64,000 nucleotides of DNA from a virus. Shown here one piece after another: positions 39,970 through 49,453 of the stretch. Positions within the stretch are counted from its first letter, which is position 1, and each line of letters starts with the position of its first letter. The DNA is taken from IMG/VR virus record IMGVR_UViG_3300013006_000018. One strand, 5' to 3'. The notes beneath the pieces were generated by a model. The model searched no databases. It saw only the letters and a list, made by a program, of their open reading frames with translations, and had not been told where the DNA came from. The translations under genes were made by a program, and so were the position numbers.

Positions 39970-40877
39970 AATGCAGCCAGGCTTTTACTAAAGCGAAGAA
40001 ACTCCTCGTTAAGAGGTCCTCCACCAATATTCTTTGTACCTTCGCCTTTAAAGTTTTCCCTAGCAAATCTGCCTATGTGTAAATCATGGTTTTTGTTTTT
40101 ATCTTTTCTTAAGCTTATATATTTTACATTTAAATTGACTACTATAGCGATATCTGCATCAGCTTTAGTTAGAATATAGTGTGCAACTTCACTCGGAGCG
40201 AAATCTGAGGTTGTACTGACTACTTTATAATTCTTGTCTTCAAAGTTAACATTTGTTGTATATATACTAAGTTGATCGAGAATACCGTTTAATTTATTTT
40301 TATATTGCTTAATAAGATTAGTTTGTTGGTTATTAAATCCTTTAAACCCGTCCTTAAAATCATTATAAAATTTTTCTATTCTGTCTCCTGTATAGCTCCA
40401 GAAGAGAAAGTTTAAATCTTTAGAAAAAGGGTGTTTAAGGTTATAGCTGTCATAATCATTAACTAAGGAAATTAGTAATTTTTGTTCTTGTGTTAGAATA
40501 TCGTTATATTTTTCTTTAAGTCTTTTGTATAGCATTAATGCACAGCTTGAACTGTTGTCAGTAATAATTTTTGCATTTTTAAATTTAGCTACATGCTTTG
40601 GATTATCTTCACCGTGGTTAATATATGTTACATTTTTGAGATCTGCAATATCGTCTGTAAAGCCAAGAATAGCTAAATCAAAGATATAGATTTTTTTAAA
40701 GTTTTCAGATTTATTATTATTAAGAAATGACTCAAAATCTTTACGGAAAGATTTCTCTGTAGATGCCCTATAGGGACATATAAGCTTTGTAAACCATCTG
40801 AAAACTGTATAGCAGCATGCACCATCAAGGTCTGCATCTGTGAAGATAAAAATATTGTCGACAGGTTTTTCTGCCAT
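39966..40877 (-). CDS. DHH-family phosphoesterase homolog with degenerate motifs
   Basis: TDADLDG (motif I), IFDL (II), INHG in place of DHH, VNDYD (IV), GEGTKNIGGG in place of GGGH. Confidence 0.75.
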   Translation of the reverse strand: MAEKPVDNIFIFTDADLDGACCYTVFRWFTKLICPYRASTEKSFRKDFESFLNNNKSENFKKIYIFDLAILGFTDDIADLKNVTYINHGEDNPKHVAKFKNAKIITDNSSSCALMLYKRLKEKYNDILTQEQKLLISLVNDYDSYNLKHPFSKDLNFLFWSYTGDRIEKFYNDFKDGFKGFNNQQTNLIKQYKNKLNGILDQLSIYTTNVNFEDKNYKVVSTTSDFAPSEVAHYILTKADADIAIVVNLNVKYISLRKDKNKNHDLHIGRFARENFKGEGTKNIGGGPLNEEFLRFSKSLAAL

Positions 40878-40912
40878 AAATTTATTTAGAGTTTATAACA
40901 AAGAAATCAATT

Positions 40913-42238
40913 CTAATTGTTTGAAAGTGAAGCAAGACTGTTTATAGTTGATGTACTTGCTTCGGTGTCGTTTACATGTTCATCTTCTGAAATTGTAAGA
41001 GTACTATAGTCGACACGCATAATGCAGTGACCGAAATTTGTACCAAACCGATTTTTCATAATTCCGAGCTTTATAACACCGAGCTCTCTGTCTGTATCTT
41101 CTTGCCAAATGCTCATTATAACATCGGCTGTAGCGGCCAACCCCATACTCTCAGAGATGGTATTTAAACCTGGGTCAGAGGTGTTATAGCCTTCACGGTT
41201 TAACTGTGTAGCGCTAATGACAGGGCAATTAAACACATAAGTTAACGCTCTTAACTGTTCAGTACAATATTTGATACGTTCATAGGTGTTACTTCCCAAG
41301 GTAGTATGTAGTAGATTGATATAATCTAAAACAATAGCATCAATCTTGAGACCCTTGCTAGTAAGTTTTTTGATAAAAGCTTTAAGGTGATTTGTTGTAA
41401 TAGTTGAAGGGGGGAATTCTTTAACAAGAATTTTTGCACCAGGCTTTTCAGCAGTATATCCTTCTATCTGATTCTTTAATGTAATACACTCAGGCTTTAG
41501 ATGGTTAAAAGGTATCTTAGTAATATTTGTATAAAGACGTTTTGCATAAACCATTTCCGGCATTTCAAGTGTTATAAGGAGAACGGTCTTATTTTGACTT
41601 GCTATATTAACTGCAACATTACCAAGGAATATGCTTTTACCAATATTAGTTTCACCTGCAAACACATAGATTGAACGGCCTGATTCTAAAAAACCACCAC
41701 CTAATCTTTCATCAAGCCACTTCCATTTACTAGAAATATAATTATCTTCTCTATTCAGATCTTGGATAACTTTTTCAATATCGGGAAATAGATCTAGACC
41801 TGCATCCGTCGTAAGACTAATACTGCATGCTTTATCAAATTTATTTAAAATAGCAGATGTATCAATACTATTCTTCCCGATATCATCCACGGTATCCATC
41901 ATAGTATGATAGACCGCTTTTTCTTTGAGAAAAATTTCCGTATTGTTATAAAGTTCGTCGTTGTTAAATTTTTTATCTAAATCAACGAACTTGTTTACGA
42001 CAACCTTACAAGACGCTTTTAATTCGTCTGTATTGAGATAGCTCTTTATTTCTGTTAATGTCGGTTTTGTACTTCTTTTAGTATAAAAATCTTTAATGAT
42101 ATTATAGATATCTCTATTATTTTTATCTTTAAAAAAGCGCAGCTCGAGAATATCTACAATCGATGCCAGGTACATCTCATCTGAAAGACATTTATAAATT
42201 ATGACTGTCTCAAAGAAATCTAAATCTAGCTTAACCAT
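40913..42238 (-). CDS. gp41: replicative helicase gp41 (DnaB-like)
   Basis: AGETNIGKS, ITLEM, VKEFP, LDYINLL, SATQLNR, SESMGLAATAD, MKNRFG. Confidence 0.95.
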   Translation of the reverse strand: MVKLDLDFFETVIIYKCLSDEMYLASIVDILELRFFKDKNNRDIYNIIKDFYTKRSTKPTLTEIKSYLNTDELKASCKVVVNKFVDLDKKFNNDELYNNTEIFLKEKAVYHTMMDTVDDIGKNSIDTSAILNKFDKACSISLTTDAGLDLFPDIEKVIQDLNREDNYISSKWKWLDERLGGGFLESGRSIYVFAGETNIGKSIFLGNVAVNIASQNKTVLLITLEMPEMVYAKRLYTNITKIPFNHLKPECITLKNQIEGYTAEKPGAKILVKEFPPSTITTNHLKAFIKKLTSKGLKIDAIVLDYINLLHTTLGSNTYERIKYCTEQLRALTYVFNCPVISATQLNREGYNTSDPGLNTISESMGLAATADVIMSIWQEDTDRELGVIKLGIMKNRFGTNFGHCIMRVDYSTLTISEDEHVNDTEASTSTINSLASLSNN

Positions 42239-42244
42239 CTAAAG

Positions 42245-42272
42245 ATTTTATCTATGACAAGCAAATATTCAA
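42245..42272 (-). promoter_or_regulatory. sigma70-like promoter TTGAAT-N16-TAAAAT for gp41
   Basis: -35 overlaps upstream TGA stop; 6 nt to ATG. Confidence 0.7.
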
Positions 42273-42934
42273 GAATACTCTTGAATAAACTTTTCCTGAC
42301 TGCTGAGAAACACCGAGCTATTAGGATCAAGTAGCCCGGGTGACTTATGAATAACCCAGATTGGAGTAACCCCGAGCTTTAATTTCTTTTTGTTTGCATC
42401 AATACTGCTAGCAATATCATAGTGATGAAAAGTATAGTTTTCGTTAAATTTCCAGTCTACTTCCTTTACCCTTTTAGTATTAACGCTAATAAAAAGACCA
42501 TCTAGCAACGTAACTCTTGATGGTGTCGGACCGAAGCTTGTCATAAGAATTGTTTTCTCTTGGAGTGGGTGGGCAACTGCTCCTCTAAGGTTAGTACTAT
42601 TAAAACCGCCGCACATTATATGCCATAGCGCAGGTTCAATAATTCTGGGGTTAGTACCGCCGGCTAACCCAACTATGTCGTATTCCATATGAGCTGTATG
42701 TAGCTTTTCACAAACATTAAGATCATCAACATATACATCGTCATGAATAAAGGTTATATAATCATAGGTGTCGCTATGTTTTTGCAGTATAAGATTGTAA
42801 TTAGTGCTTAACCCTATTTTATTGTTTGAATTATAAGCTATGTCTATATCTTTAATTTTAGATAGAGATTTACATGCTTGTGTATCTTTAGGGTCAATAT
42901 TTCTTGTACAGAAATAAAATAGGATCTTTTTCAC
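42269..42934 (-). CDS. GT-A fold glycosyltransferase (GT2-like)
   Basis: GLSTNYN, FIHDDVY (DxD-like), DIVGLAG, LDGLFI, FHHYD. Confidence 0.75.
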   Translation of the reverse strand: MKKILFYFCTRNIDPKDTQACKSLSKIKDIDIAYNSNNKIGLSTNYNLILQKHSDTYDYITFIHDDVYVDDLNVCEKLHTAHMEYDIVGLAGGTNPRIIEPALWHIMCGGFNSTNLRGAVAHPLQEKTILMTSFGPTPSRVTLLDGLFISVNTKRVKEVDWKFNENYTFHHYDIASSIDANKKKLKLGVTPIWVIHKSPGLLDPNSSVFLSSQEKFIQEYS

Positions 42935-43620
42935 TTCGTAAAGAAGGGTGAGCTCGCTTTAAATTCACACACCTCAGTTATACCTTCAGGCGTTAAGAGA
43001 TAAAGAATACCTTCGTCTATAGGTTTGAAGCCCTTCTCAGTTAATGATGAGAAGCTATTATTGAGAAAATCTGCATAAAGGGTACAGCCTGAGCGAGCGA
43101 TATAAATATTTTGGTTCTTAGAATTATATATCCATAAACCAAAATTACCTTCAAGAACACTCAATACAGAGCAAATAATTTGAGCTTCCGTTTTCTTAGG
43201 GAACTTTTTCTTTTGTAAATGTAGTAGTACTGGAATTACTGACGAATCTACTTCATTGAATAACTTTTTGTCTCTAATTGGTTTCTTTAATTCCAGGTGG
43301 TTAGTTAGCACACCATTGTGAGCTACAACCCAATTTTCTATATTAAAAGGATGCGATGTCTTGATGTTGTATTTTCTTGCAGATGACGTGGGTGCCTGTG
43401 TATGGCCAAGAAAGTAGTCAAAATCATAGATTTTTTTATTGGCTTTGCCGTATTTTATAACTAAATTCCGAGTTAGGTTAATTTTACCCGGTGAGCGTAA
43501 TGTTGCGTATATAGATTTTGTCACTAAAATACCACCAAACGCGTAAGTTCCTCGTTTTTTGTTCATATTATACAGCTGCGTGTACAGTTTATAATCTTTT
43601 GCTCCAAATATACCGCACAT
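42931..43620 (-). CDS. class II (Ntn) glutamine amidotransferase, stand-alone (start revised to 43620)
   Basis: MCGIFG N-terminal Cys, RG, GHTQAPT, SHPF, AHNGVLTN, VDS; promoter TTGAAA-N16-TAATAT at 43629-56. Confidence 0.85.
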   Translation of the reverse strand: MCGIFGAKDYKLYTQLYNMNKKRGTYAFGGILVTKSIYATLRSPGKINLTRNLVIKYGKANKKIYDFDYFLGHTQAPTSSARKYNIKTSHPFNIENWVVAHNGVLTNHLELKKPIRDKKLFNEVDSSVIPVLLHLQKKKFPKKTEAQIICSVLSVLEGNFGLWIYNSKNQNIYIARSGCTLYADFLNNSFSSLTEKGFKPIDEGILYLLTPEGITEVCEFKASSPFFTK

Positions 43621-43657
43621 ATAAGAATATATTAATAGAAAGAATAAATATTTCAAG

Positions 43658-44515
43658 ATGAATAAGGATGTACACTTAATATATGAAGCGTATACAGATA
43701 GATTTCTAGTCGAAGCACCTCCTGTTGAGATGTCTGGTGATGTAAATGTCGAGCCAGTCACGAGCAAGACTATACCTGGACAAGGAAAGAAGTACGGCGG
43801 AGGCGCCATTACTGCTGTAGCCCAACAACAAGGGAAAAGTGAAGAAGATGTCACCCAGGATATGGCTAAAACAATAATTGCAAAAGCACAAGATAAAAAA
43901 GAAATTGACGGGAAGATGGTGCATTATTTTTCAGGCGAACCTGATGCATTTATTGAGAGCCTCGTTCCTGAGTTTGAACAGAAGTACGGTATCAAGCCTA
44001 CAATGGCCAGATACACTATAAATTATCTTCTAATATATGTGTTGAATGCAAAGAAAACACCCGGTGGTCTGATTAAGCTGAGCACTAAGAATATATCGAA
44101 CCCGGAAGCATTACCTGACCAGCCTACGGTAACAGATATGAAATTCCCTTCAGTAGATGAAGGGTATGGGCCAGAGTTTAATTATATTAAGAATAAAGAA
44201 GCAAAGCTAGAGGGTAAAATAGGAGAAGTTTTTAATTTAATGCCTGAAGAGGTTAGCGGCGATGACATGTCGTCGGCTATCAAGAGAAACATGATACAAG
44301 TTGGTATTGATAAAAGACAATTCTGGAGTGTTATCACCGGGTTAATAGAAAATCGTGCGTTTTTTGAAAAGAAGAAAGATGAGACTTCTGATCCTGAGAG
44401 CGATGTTTCTGTAGAGCCTTTATCAGTTTCAAAGAGAGATACAGAAGATGCTGTTAGAGAGCTCCCTGCATATAGAGAAATGCAAAGACAAAAAGCAAGA
44501 GAAACTAGTTACTAA
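43658..44515 (+). CDS. late hypothetical (putative head) protein
   Basis: AATAAATA 7 nt upstream; MNKDVHLIYEAY..FLVEA. Confidence 0.65.
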   Translation: MNKDVHLIYEAYTDRFLVEAPPVEMSGDVNVEPVTSKTIPGQGKKYGGGAITAVAQQQGKSEEDVTQDMAKTIIAKAQDKKEIDGKMVHYFSGEPDAFIESLVPEFEQKYGIKPTMARYTINYLLIYVLNAKKTPGGLIKLSTKNISNPEALPDQPTVTDMKFPSVDEGYGPEFNYIKNKEAKLEGKIGEVFNLMPEEVSGDDMSSAIKRNMIQVGIDKRQFWSVITGLIENRAFFEKKKDETSDPESDVSVEPLSVSKRDTEDAVRELPAYREMQRQKARETSY

Positions 44516-45257
44516 TTAAGTAACACCCATTATCTTTCCAGGGTATACTAATTTTATAAGGTAGGGGGTCTATTAATTTAGCTTCCAAAAAGCCTTTTAT
44601 TCTTAATGAACAGGCTGTACACTCACCGCATGATATCTCACCGCCCTCATAACATGTCCATGTTGACCTGAAATCAACCCCGAGTTTAATACCCTTTTTA
44701 ATAATATCTTTTTTAGATAATTCTATTAACGGTGCTTCAATAATAATTTTATTTCTTCTATTGAGAGCAGAGACATTATTAATTTGTTCTAAAAATTCAG
44801 GACTACCATCCCAAAAACCTGCAACGCTATCGGCTTGTGCAGCTCCATGAAAAACTGTGCTAGCCCCGTAGTTTTCTGCTATTGCAAGTGATATACTTAA
44901 GAGCATTAAGTTTCTGTATGGGACATAGTTCACCGTCTGCGGATCACCCATTACATCTTTAGCCTTAGCAACTGCAACCTTGTTATTAAGAAGGGAAGAA
45001 ACCTGACATATATCTTTAAAAAACGGTAATTTTACATGCAGACTATCAACCGGTATATCAACCGATTCAATCTGAAATGACGCGCAGTTTATTTCTTTAT
45101 CACGATGCTTCTGACCGTAATCATAGTTAACCGTAATTACTTTATCATACTTACTTGCAGCTAAATGTAGTAGTACGGAACTATCCATACCACCTGAAAC
45201 AGGTACTACAACTTTAGTCTTTTGCTTCTTCTTCTTCGGGAGGCGCTTCATTTGCAT
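44505..45257 (-). CDS. queC: 7-cyano-7-deazaguanine synthase QueC
   Basis: SGGMDS, YGQKH, YVPYRN, TWTCYEG..CGECTAC. Confidence 0.92.
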   Translation of the reverse strand: MQMKRLPKKKKQKTKVVVPVSGGMDSSVLLHLAASKYDKVITVNYDYGQKHRDKEINCASFQIESVDIPVDSLHVKLPFFKDICQVSSLLNNKVAVAKAKDVMGDPQTVNYVPYRNLMLLSISLAIAENYGASTVFHGAAQADSVAGFWDGSPEFLEQINNVSALNRRNKIIIEAPLIELSKKDIIKKGIKLGVDFRSTWTCYEGGEISCGECTACSLRIKGFLEAKLIDPLPYKISIPWKDNGCYLISN

Positions 45258-46329
45258 TATACTTATATTCTAGTGCTAGGCGCTTATCAAGTTCAGGTAT
45301 AATAAACTCTTCATAAAATGCAGGCTCTCTAGCAAAGTTTTTTGCATAACCGAGTTTTTCACCTGTTTTATACTTACCGCAGTCAATACCTACTGTAAAT
45401 GTTGGGCCGTTCTGTACAACAATATTCCTTGCAGCTGCCATAGCTAGAAGACCACTATATTTGTTTAGACCATATTTGAATGAGAGGTACATTTCGGCTT
45501 CAAGGAAGGGCGGTAAGAATCTATTTTTTACAGTTAACACTCTCAATGTTGTTCCGGTATATTTGTTGGCTTCTGCGAGCTTAACATCAGCTAAGAAGTT
45601 ATCGCCTTCGCCTTCTTTTTCGTTTCTTCTTGCAAGCTGTACTAAGATACTAGACATATATATAGGACCTGAACCTCCTGCCTGGCTTTTAACCAAAGTA
45701 GGGTACATAGAGCCCGGATCCTCGTAAGTATGGTTAGTAAAGAGGATAGTAACACCTGCTTTTGCTGCTTTAAATGTTAAAACTCTAAACATACTTTTAA
45801 GAGATTTTGCTCGTAAACCCATATCTGTTGCAGATTTATCTTTTATAACGTCATCGAGCTCTTTCTGTGAGGCCAAATTACCCAAACTATCAATACTAAT
45901 AATAAATTTTCCTTTAGCATCGTTTTCAATAACGCTATCTAGGAAAGTTGAAATTTGATTACGGCACTGATCAATGGTATCAACAGGGACATATTTTGTC
46001 TTTTCAGGATCCAAACCGACGCCCTTGGTGCTGTTTTCATCAATAGCGATCTCAGTATCAAAGATGACTGGAAATATGCCTACTTTTTGAGCGCTAGCAA
46101 GAATCTTGTTTACTATAAAAGTTTTACCGGTTTGACTAGGACCTGAGAAGCCTACTATCCGGCCTTTAGGTACCCCGCCGGTACGACAGCTTCCACCCAG
46201 AATTGCATTCAGTGCAAAGCATCCTGTATCAAACCATGTATCGACTTTACTTAAAGCGTTTTCATTTAAGAATGACGCTTCACTATTTAAATTATCTAGA
46301 GATGCGAAAATTTTATTAAGATCTTTCAT
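45214..46329 (-). CDS. uvsX: RecA-like recombinase UvsX
   Basis: DTG..ALNAILGG, GPSQTGKT, FDTE, IDSLGNL, DMG.RAK, TNHTY, KNRF; start 46329 fits promoter 46336-63. Confidence 0.93.
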   Translation of the reverse strand: MKDLNKIFASLDNLNSEASFLNENALSKVDTWFDTGCFALNAILGGSCRTGGVPKGRIVGFSGPSQTGKTFIVNKILASAQKVGIFPVIFDTEIAIDENSTKGVGLDPEKTKYVPVDTIDQCRNQISTFLDSVIENDAKGKFIISIDSLGNLASQKELDDVIKDKSATDMGLRAKSLKSMFRVLTFKAAKAGVTILFTNHTYEDPGSMYPTLVKSQAGGSGPIYMSSILVQLARRNEKEGEGDNFLADVKLAEANKYTGTTLRVLTVKNRFLPPFLEAEMYLSFKYGLNKYSGLLAMAAARNIVVQNGPTFTVGIDCGKYKTGEKLGYAKNFAREPAFYEEFIIPELDKRLALEYKYNANEAPPEEEEAKD

Positions 46330-46363
46330 TATCATATTTTATATTATTCCTTTTAAGAATCAA

Positions 46364-46402
46364 TAAAATACCCTACATATTTTAGGTATGTAGGGTATTT
46401 TA
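46364..46402. terminator. 16-bp-stem hairpin, probable bidirectional terminator
   Basis: TAAAATACCCTACATA-7nt-TATGTAGGGTATTTTA perfect inverted repeat. Confidence 0.8.
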
Positions 46403-46422
46403 GCAAAGTATGTTATGGTTTA

Positions 46423-46797
46423 TTATTCGTCAAATAACTTGATAACACGTTCGTCTTTTTGTTCCTGCTTGGGTTCGCTCGCGGGTGTATTAGAGAAGAG
46501 ACGTTCATATTGAGTAATAAGCCGTTCATCATTCTCAACCGAAACACCGAGCACAACATTCGAATAGAAAAACTTCCAAACAGTACCTGCTTCACGAGAT
46601 TTTTCGCCTAAAAATTCTCTAAAAAACATTGGAATTGTTTGTACGTTAAGCTGACCTGTTTGGGTCGGTTGTACGTGAATGATTGCGGGGTTTTTAACAA
46701 GGAAAGCGACACCTTTATCAGTATCACCCTCATTGCCACCGATAATTGTTCTACCGATGTGATCGACGAATGTTACAATACTATTTGTTTTGCTCAT
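46423..46797 (-). CDS. hypothetical protein (possibly Sm-like fold)
   Basis: GRTIIG...LVKNPAII pattern; own promoter at 46804-31. Confidence 0.55.
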   Translation of the reverse strand: MSKTNSIVTFVDHIGRTIIGGNEGDTDKGVAFLVKNPAIIHVQPTQTGQLNVQTIPMFFREFLGEKSREAGTVWKFFYSNVVLGVSVENDERLITQYERLFSNTPASEPKQEQKDERVIKLFDE

Positions 46798-46827
46798 ATA
46801 CTTATATTATGAAAATACATTTTAAAA

Positions 46828-49419
46828 TCAACTACCATCTTTTAATAGATCGAATAGATCAGTCTGAACCTGATTACCGGGCGTCTTTAGCTTCCAATTT
46901 ACCGCTTGATAGAAACGATCAATAATGCTATATACAATTTTTGTAAACATAAGTTCATGGTCCGGTTTAAAGCTATCTTTAAACTCCTTGGGGTAATAAT
47001 ATTTGTAACCTAGCACAGAAATACCAAATTTATTAGGCTGTTGGGTGTAAAAAAACTTAACCTTATCTCCGGAGGATAACTTTTCGTATGTCTTATCTAT
47101 ATTAAATCTTTCTAGTAGTTTGTTATGGTAGTATGCCGCTTTGACATGGATGGGCATATGCTTAGCGGTTTTAAAGCCGTCACATTCTGGTGCATACTTT
47201 TCATATCCCTTTATACCCATTGTAAATGCTATATCTTCAACAGGTAGTTGTTTGAATATATCATATGTTTCGTTGAAGATTTTATTGGTTTCTTGCAGGT
47301 TTTTAGTCAAAAGCATAGTCTCGATAATTTTCTTTACCTTCGGCTTGATGGGCGTTGGCATAGTAGTACGTACTACCTCAACACCTGTATACTTAAACTT
47401 GTCACAAGGTATACCTTCTTCATCTAAAATGTGTATTACATACCTCTTTTTTTGTAGAAAGAGACCAACGTCTGCTATCGCTTCCCTTTTAAAATTTAGC
47501 CGGCAATCAATAGATCTTAACGATTCCGCGCCCCACTTCTTAATTTCTACATTCAAGTAATCTTCTATCTCTTGCACGATTTTATAATATTCCGATGTTA
47601 TCTTACCCTTTGAATCACATAACTTGATTCCAAGCTTCTCAACTAAAGGCTTAATAGAAATATAAGAACTATCCGTATCATTGTATATGATCGGTGTATT
47701 GGTGCTAAGCTCTTCATCTGTCATATTAGTCTTACTTTTTATAAACTCTGTTAATAATTTGTTTGACTGCTTTATAACAGATTGACCGGTAAGAGTAATC
47801 GATTCAGCGAGTTGATCATCCCCGAGAGGGCTATGCTTATTACCAAAATATCCGTAGATGGTATTAATTAAGATTTTTATTGTATGCTGTTTAACGTTAG
47901 TGTTTTCAATCTGATGCTGTATATCTTTGTACTCGGGTGTACCTTTTTCAATAGTTAAAATCTTTCTTTTTAATGTCTTTAAAACTTTTTTAAGCACGAC
48001 CCGTTTTTCATAATAGTAATCTACCGTAATAGGGATAATACCCTTTTCTTTCTGAGAGAACATAACTTTTGCTTTAGAAATAGCTATTTGTTCCTTCTCA
48101 ATAAAATTAACAAAGTTTTCATGTGAAAGCTTAAAGGTCTGACCGTTGACATGTTCAATTGTTATTTCCTTATCTGTCTTTTCTGTGATAACACCGACCT
48201 TTGTTTCGGGTGATAGATTTAAAGTGATCATTACGTTTGGATATAGACTGTTCGCGTCAAAAGAGATTATATGCTCTTGAAATCCAGATTTTGGTTCACT
48301 TACATAAGCACCTTCATTCTTACCGTCCTCTTTTACATCCTTATTAAACGTCGGTATTCTTTGATTGCGCTGTCGTGCTTTTATAGCACATAACCCTGTA
48401 ATAACGGATAGAGACCCTAGAGCACCTTCAAATGTTGTTAATCCTGCGTACGCTATCATACGTAATAAAGAAAGATATTGGAGCTTACTTTCTAATCTTA
48501 CCAATAGATTTACGTCTTGTACGTTGTATTCGACAAATAAATCCCAATTAGTGTCAGCTAGATTGGAAAGGTTTGTACCACCAAAATCAATCTTACTTTC
48601 ACCCAGTTCGGTGTTGCCAATATTATCCAGCTTATATGATTCACGTAGAACAGGGCAAAAGCGTTTATATATATCCAGGTAATCAACGCAAGAGACACCC
48701 TCTATATGCCACCTTGTTTGCTCTCTACCGAACTTACCAAGGAATGTGCGTGGTCGTATTGTATTGATTGGTGACAACCGTCTCGCTTCATTTTCTCCCA
48801 ATATCTTTACAATACGATTTACAATATAAGGTATATCAAAGAATTCACTATTCCATCCAGAAAGAATATCTGGGTAGTCAGCTTCTAAGAAACATAGAAA
48901 TTTTGTAAATAATTCCTTCTCCGTCTTACAATAGATATAAGTTGAGTTATCTTTTATCTTATTGTACGGCTTAATCCCCCATGTATAGAAATGTTTACGA
49001 ATAGAATCATATATTGTTATAATATTAACGGTATGTAATGGGTTTTCAGGAATGGGAAATTCATCTGGACTGTACGTTTCGATATCAATAAAATAAACTT
49101 TCAACTCATGCTTATTAAAGTCATCTGTTTCGTTTGTCTGCCAGAAAGAATCTATTAAAAATTGCTGCTGGGCATTAAAGTTTTCAAATAAGCGCTCTAT
49201 TTTATTGTCTTTTAGATATCTATATCTATCAGCTTGAGTACGGAATGATTTTTTCTTAAGCTTGGTATTAAATATGCTTGTACAGTCGGCTTGGTTGTTG
49301 GTTTCAAGAAAAATATACGGATTGAAAGTTGCATCATACTGTATTCTTTTACCGTTTTCATCCCACGTAAACAGGCGCATAACCTGCTGACTGGGTATAT
49401 ATGCACAATTCCTATACAC
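46828..49419 (-). CDS. gp43: family B DNA polymerase gp43
   Basis: DIET, GWNSEFFDIPY, YNVQDV exonuclease motifs; FDANSLYP, KILINTIYG, YNDTDS, KKRY. Confidence 0.97.
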   Translation of the reverse strand: MYRNCAYIPSQQVMRLFTWDENGKRIQYDATFNPYIFLETNNQADCTSIFNTKLKKKSFRTQADRYRYLKDNKIERLFENFNAQQQFLIDSFWQTNETDDFNKHELKVYFIDIETYSPDEFPIPENPLHTVNIITIYDSIRKHFYTWGIKPYNKIKDNSTYIYCKTEKELFTKFLCFLEADYPDILSGWNSEFFDIPYIVNRIVKILGENEARRLSPINTIRPRTFLGKFGREQTRWHIEGVSCVDYLDIYKRFCPVLRESYKLDNIGNTELGESKIDFGGTNLSNLADTNWDLFVEYNVQDVNLLVRLESKLQYLSLLRMIAYAGLTTFEGALGSLSVITGLCAIKARQRNQRIPTFNKDVKEDGKNEGAYVSEPKSGFQEHIISFDANSLYPNVMITLNLSPETKVGVITEKTDKEITIEHVNGQTFKLSHENFVNFIEKEQIAISKAKVMFSQKEKGIIPITVDYYYEKRVVLKKVLKTLKRKILTIEKGTPEYKDIQHQIENTNVKQHTIKILINTIYGYFGNKHSPLGDDQLAESITLTGQSVIKQSNKLLTEFIKSKTNMTDEELSTNTPIIYNDTDSSYISIKPLVEKLGIKLCDSKGKITSEYYKIVQEIEDYLNVEIKKWGAESLRSIDCRLNFKREAIADVGLFLQKKRYVIHILDEEGIPCDKFKYTGVEVVRTTMPTPIKPKVKKIIETMLLTKNLQETNKIFNETYDIFKQLPVEDIAFTMGIKGYEKYAPECDGFKTAKHMPIHVKAAYYHNKLLERFNIDKTYEKLSSGDKVKFFYTQQPNKFGISVLGYKYYYPKEFKDSFKPDHELMFTKIVYSIIDRFYQAVNWKLKTPGNQVQTDLFDLLKDGS

Positions 49420-49425
49420 TAAAAA

Positions 49426-49453
49426 ATTTTACGATACTAAAATACGAAATCAA
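49426..49453 (-). promoter_or_regulatory. sigma70-like promoter TTGATT-N16-TAAAAT for gp43
   Basis: -35 overlaps upstream TGA stop; 6 nt to GTG. Confidence 0.7.

Noticed and set aside
43621-43854. N-terminal extension of the Gat ORF (likewise folE 59701-59844, dut 14082-14114, and 12003-12086)
   Set aside because: Extensions overlap opposite-strand genes or promoters; the Ntn Cys must be N-terminal, and promoter spacing indicates the shorter starts
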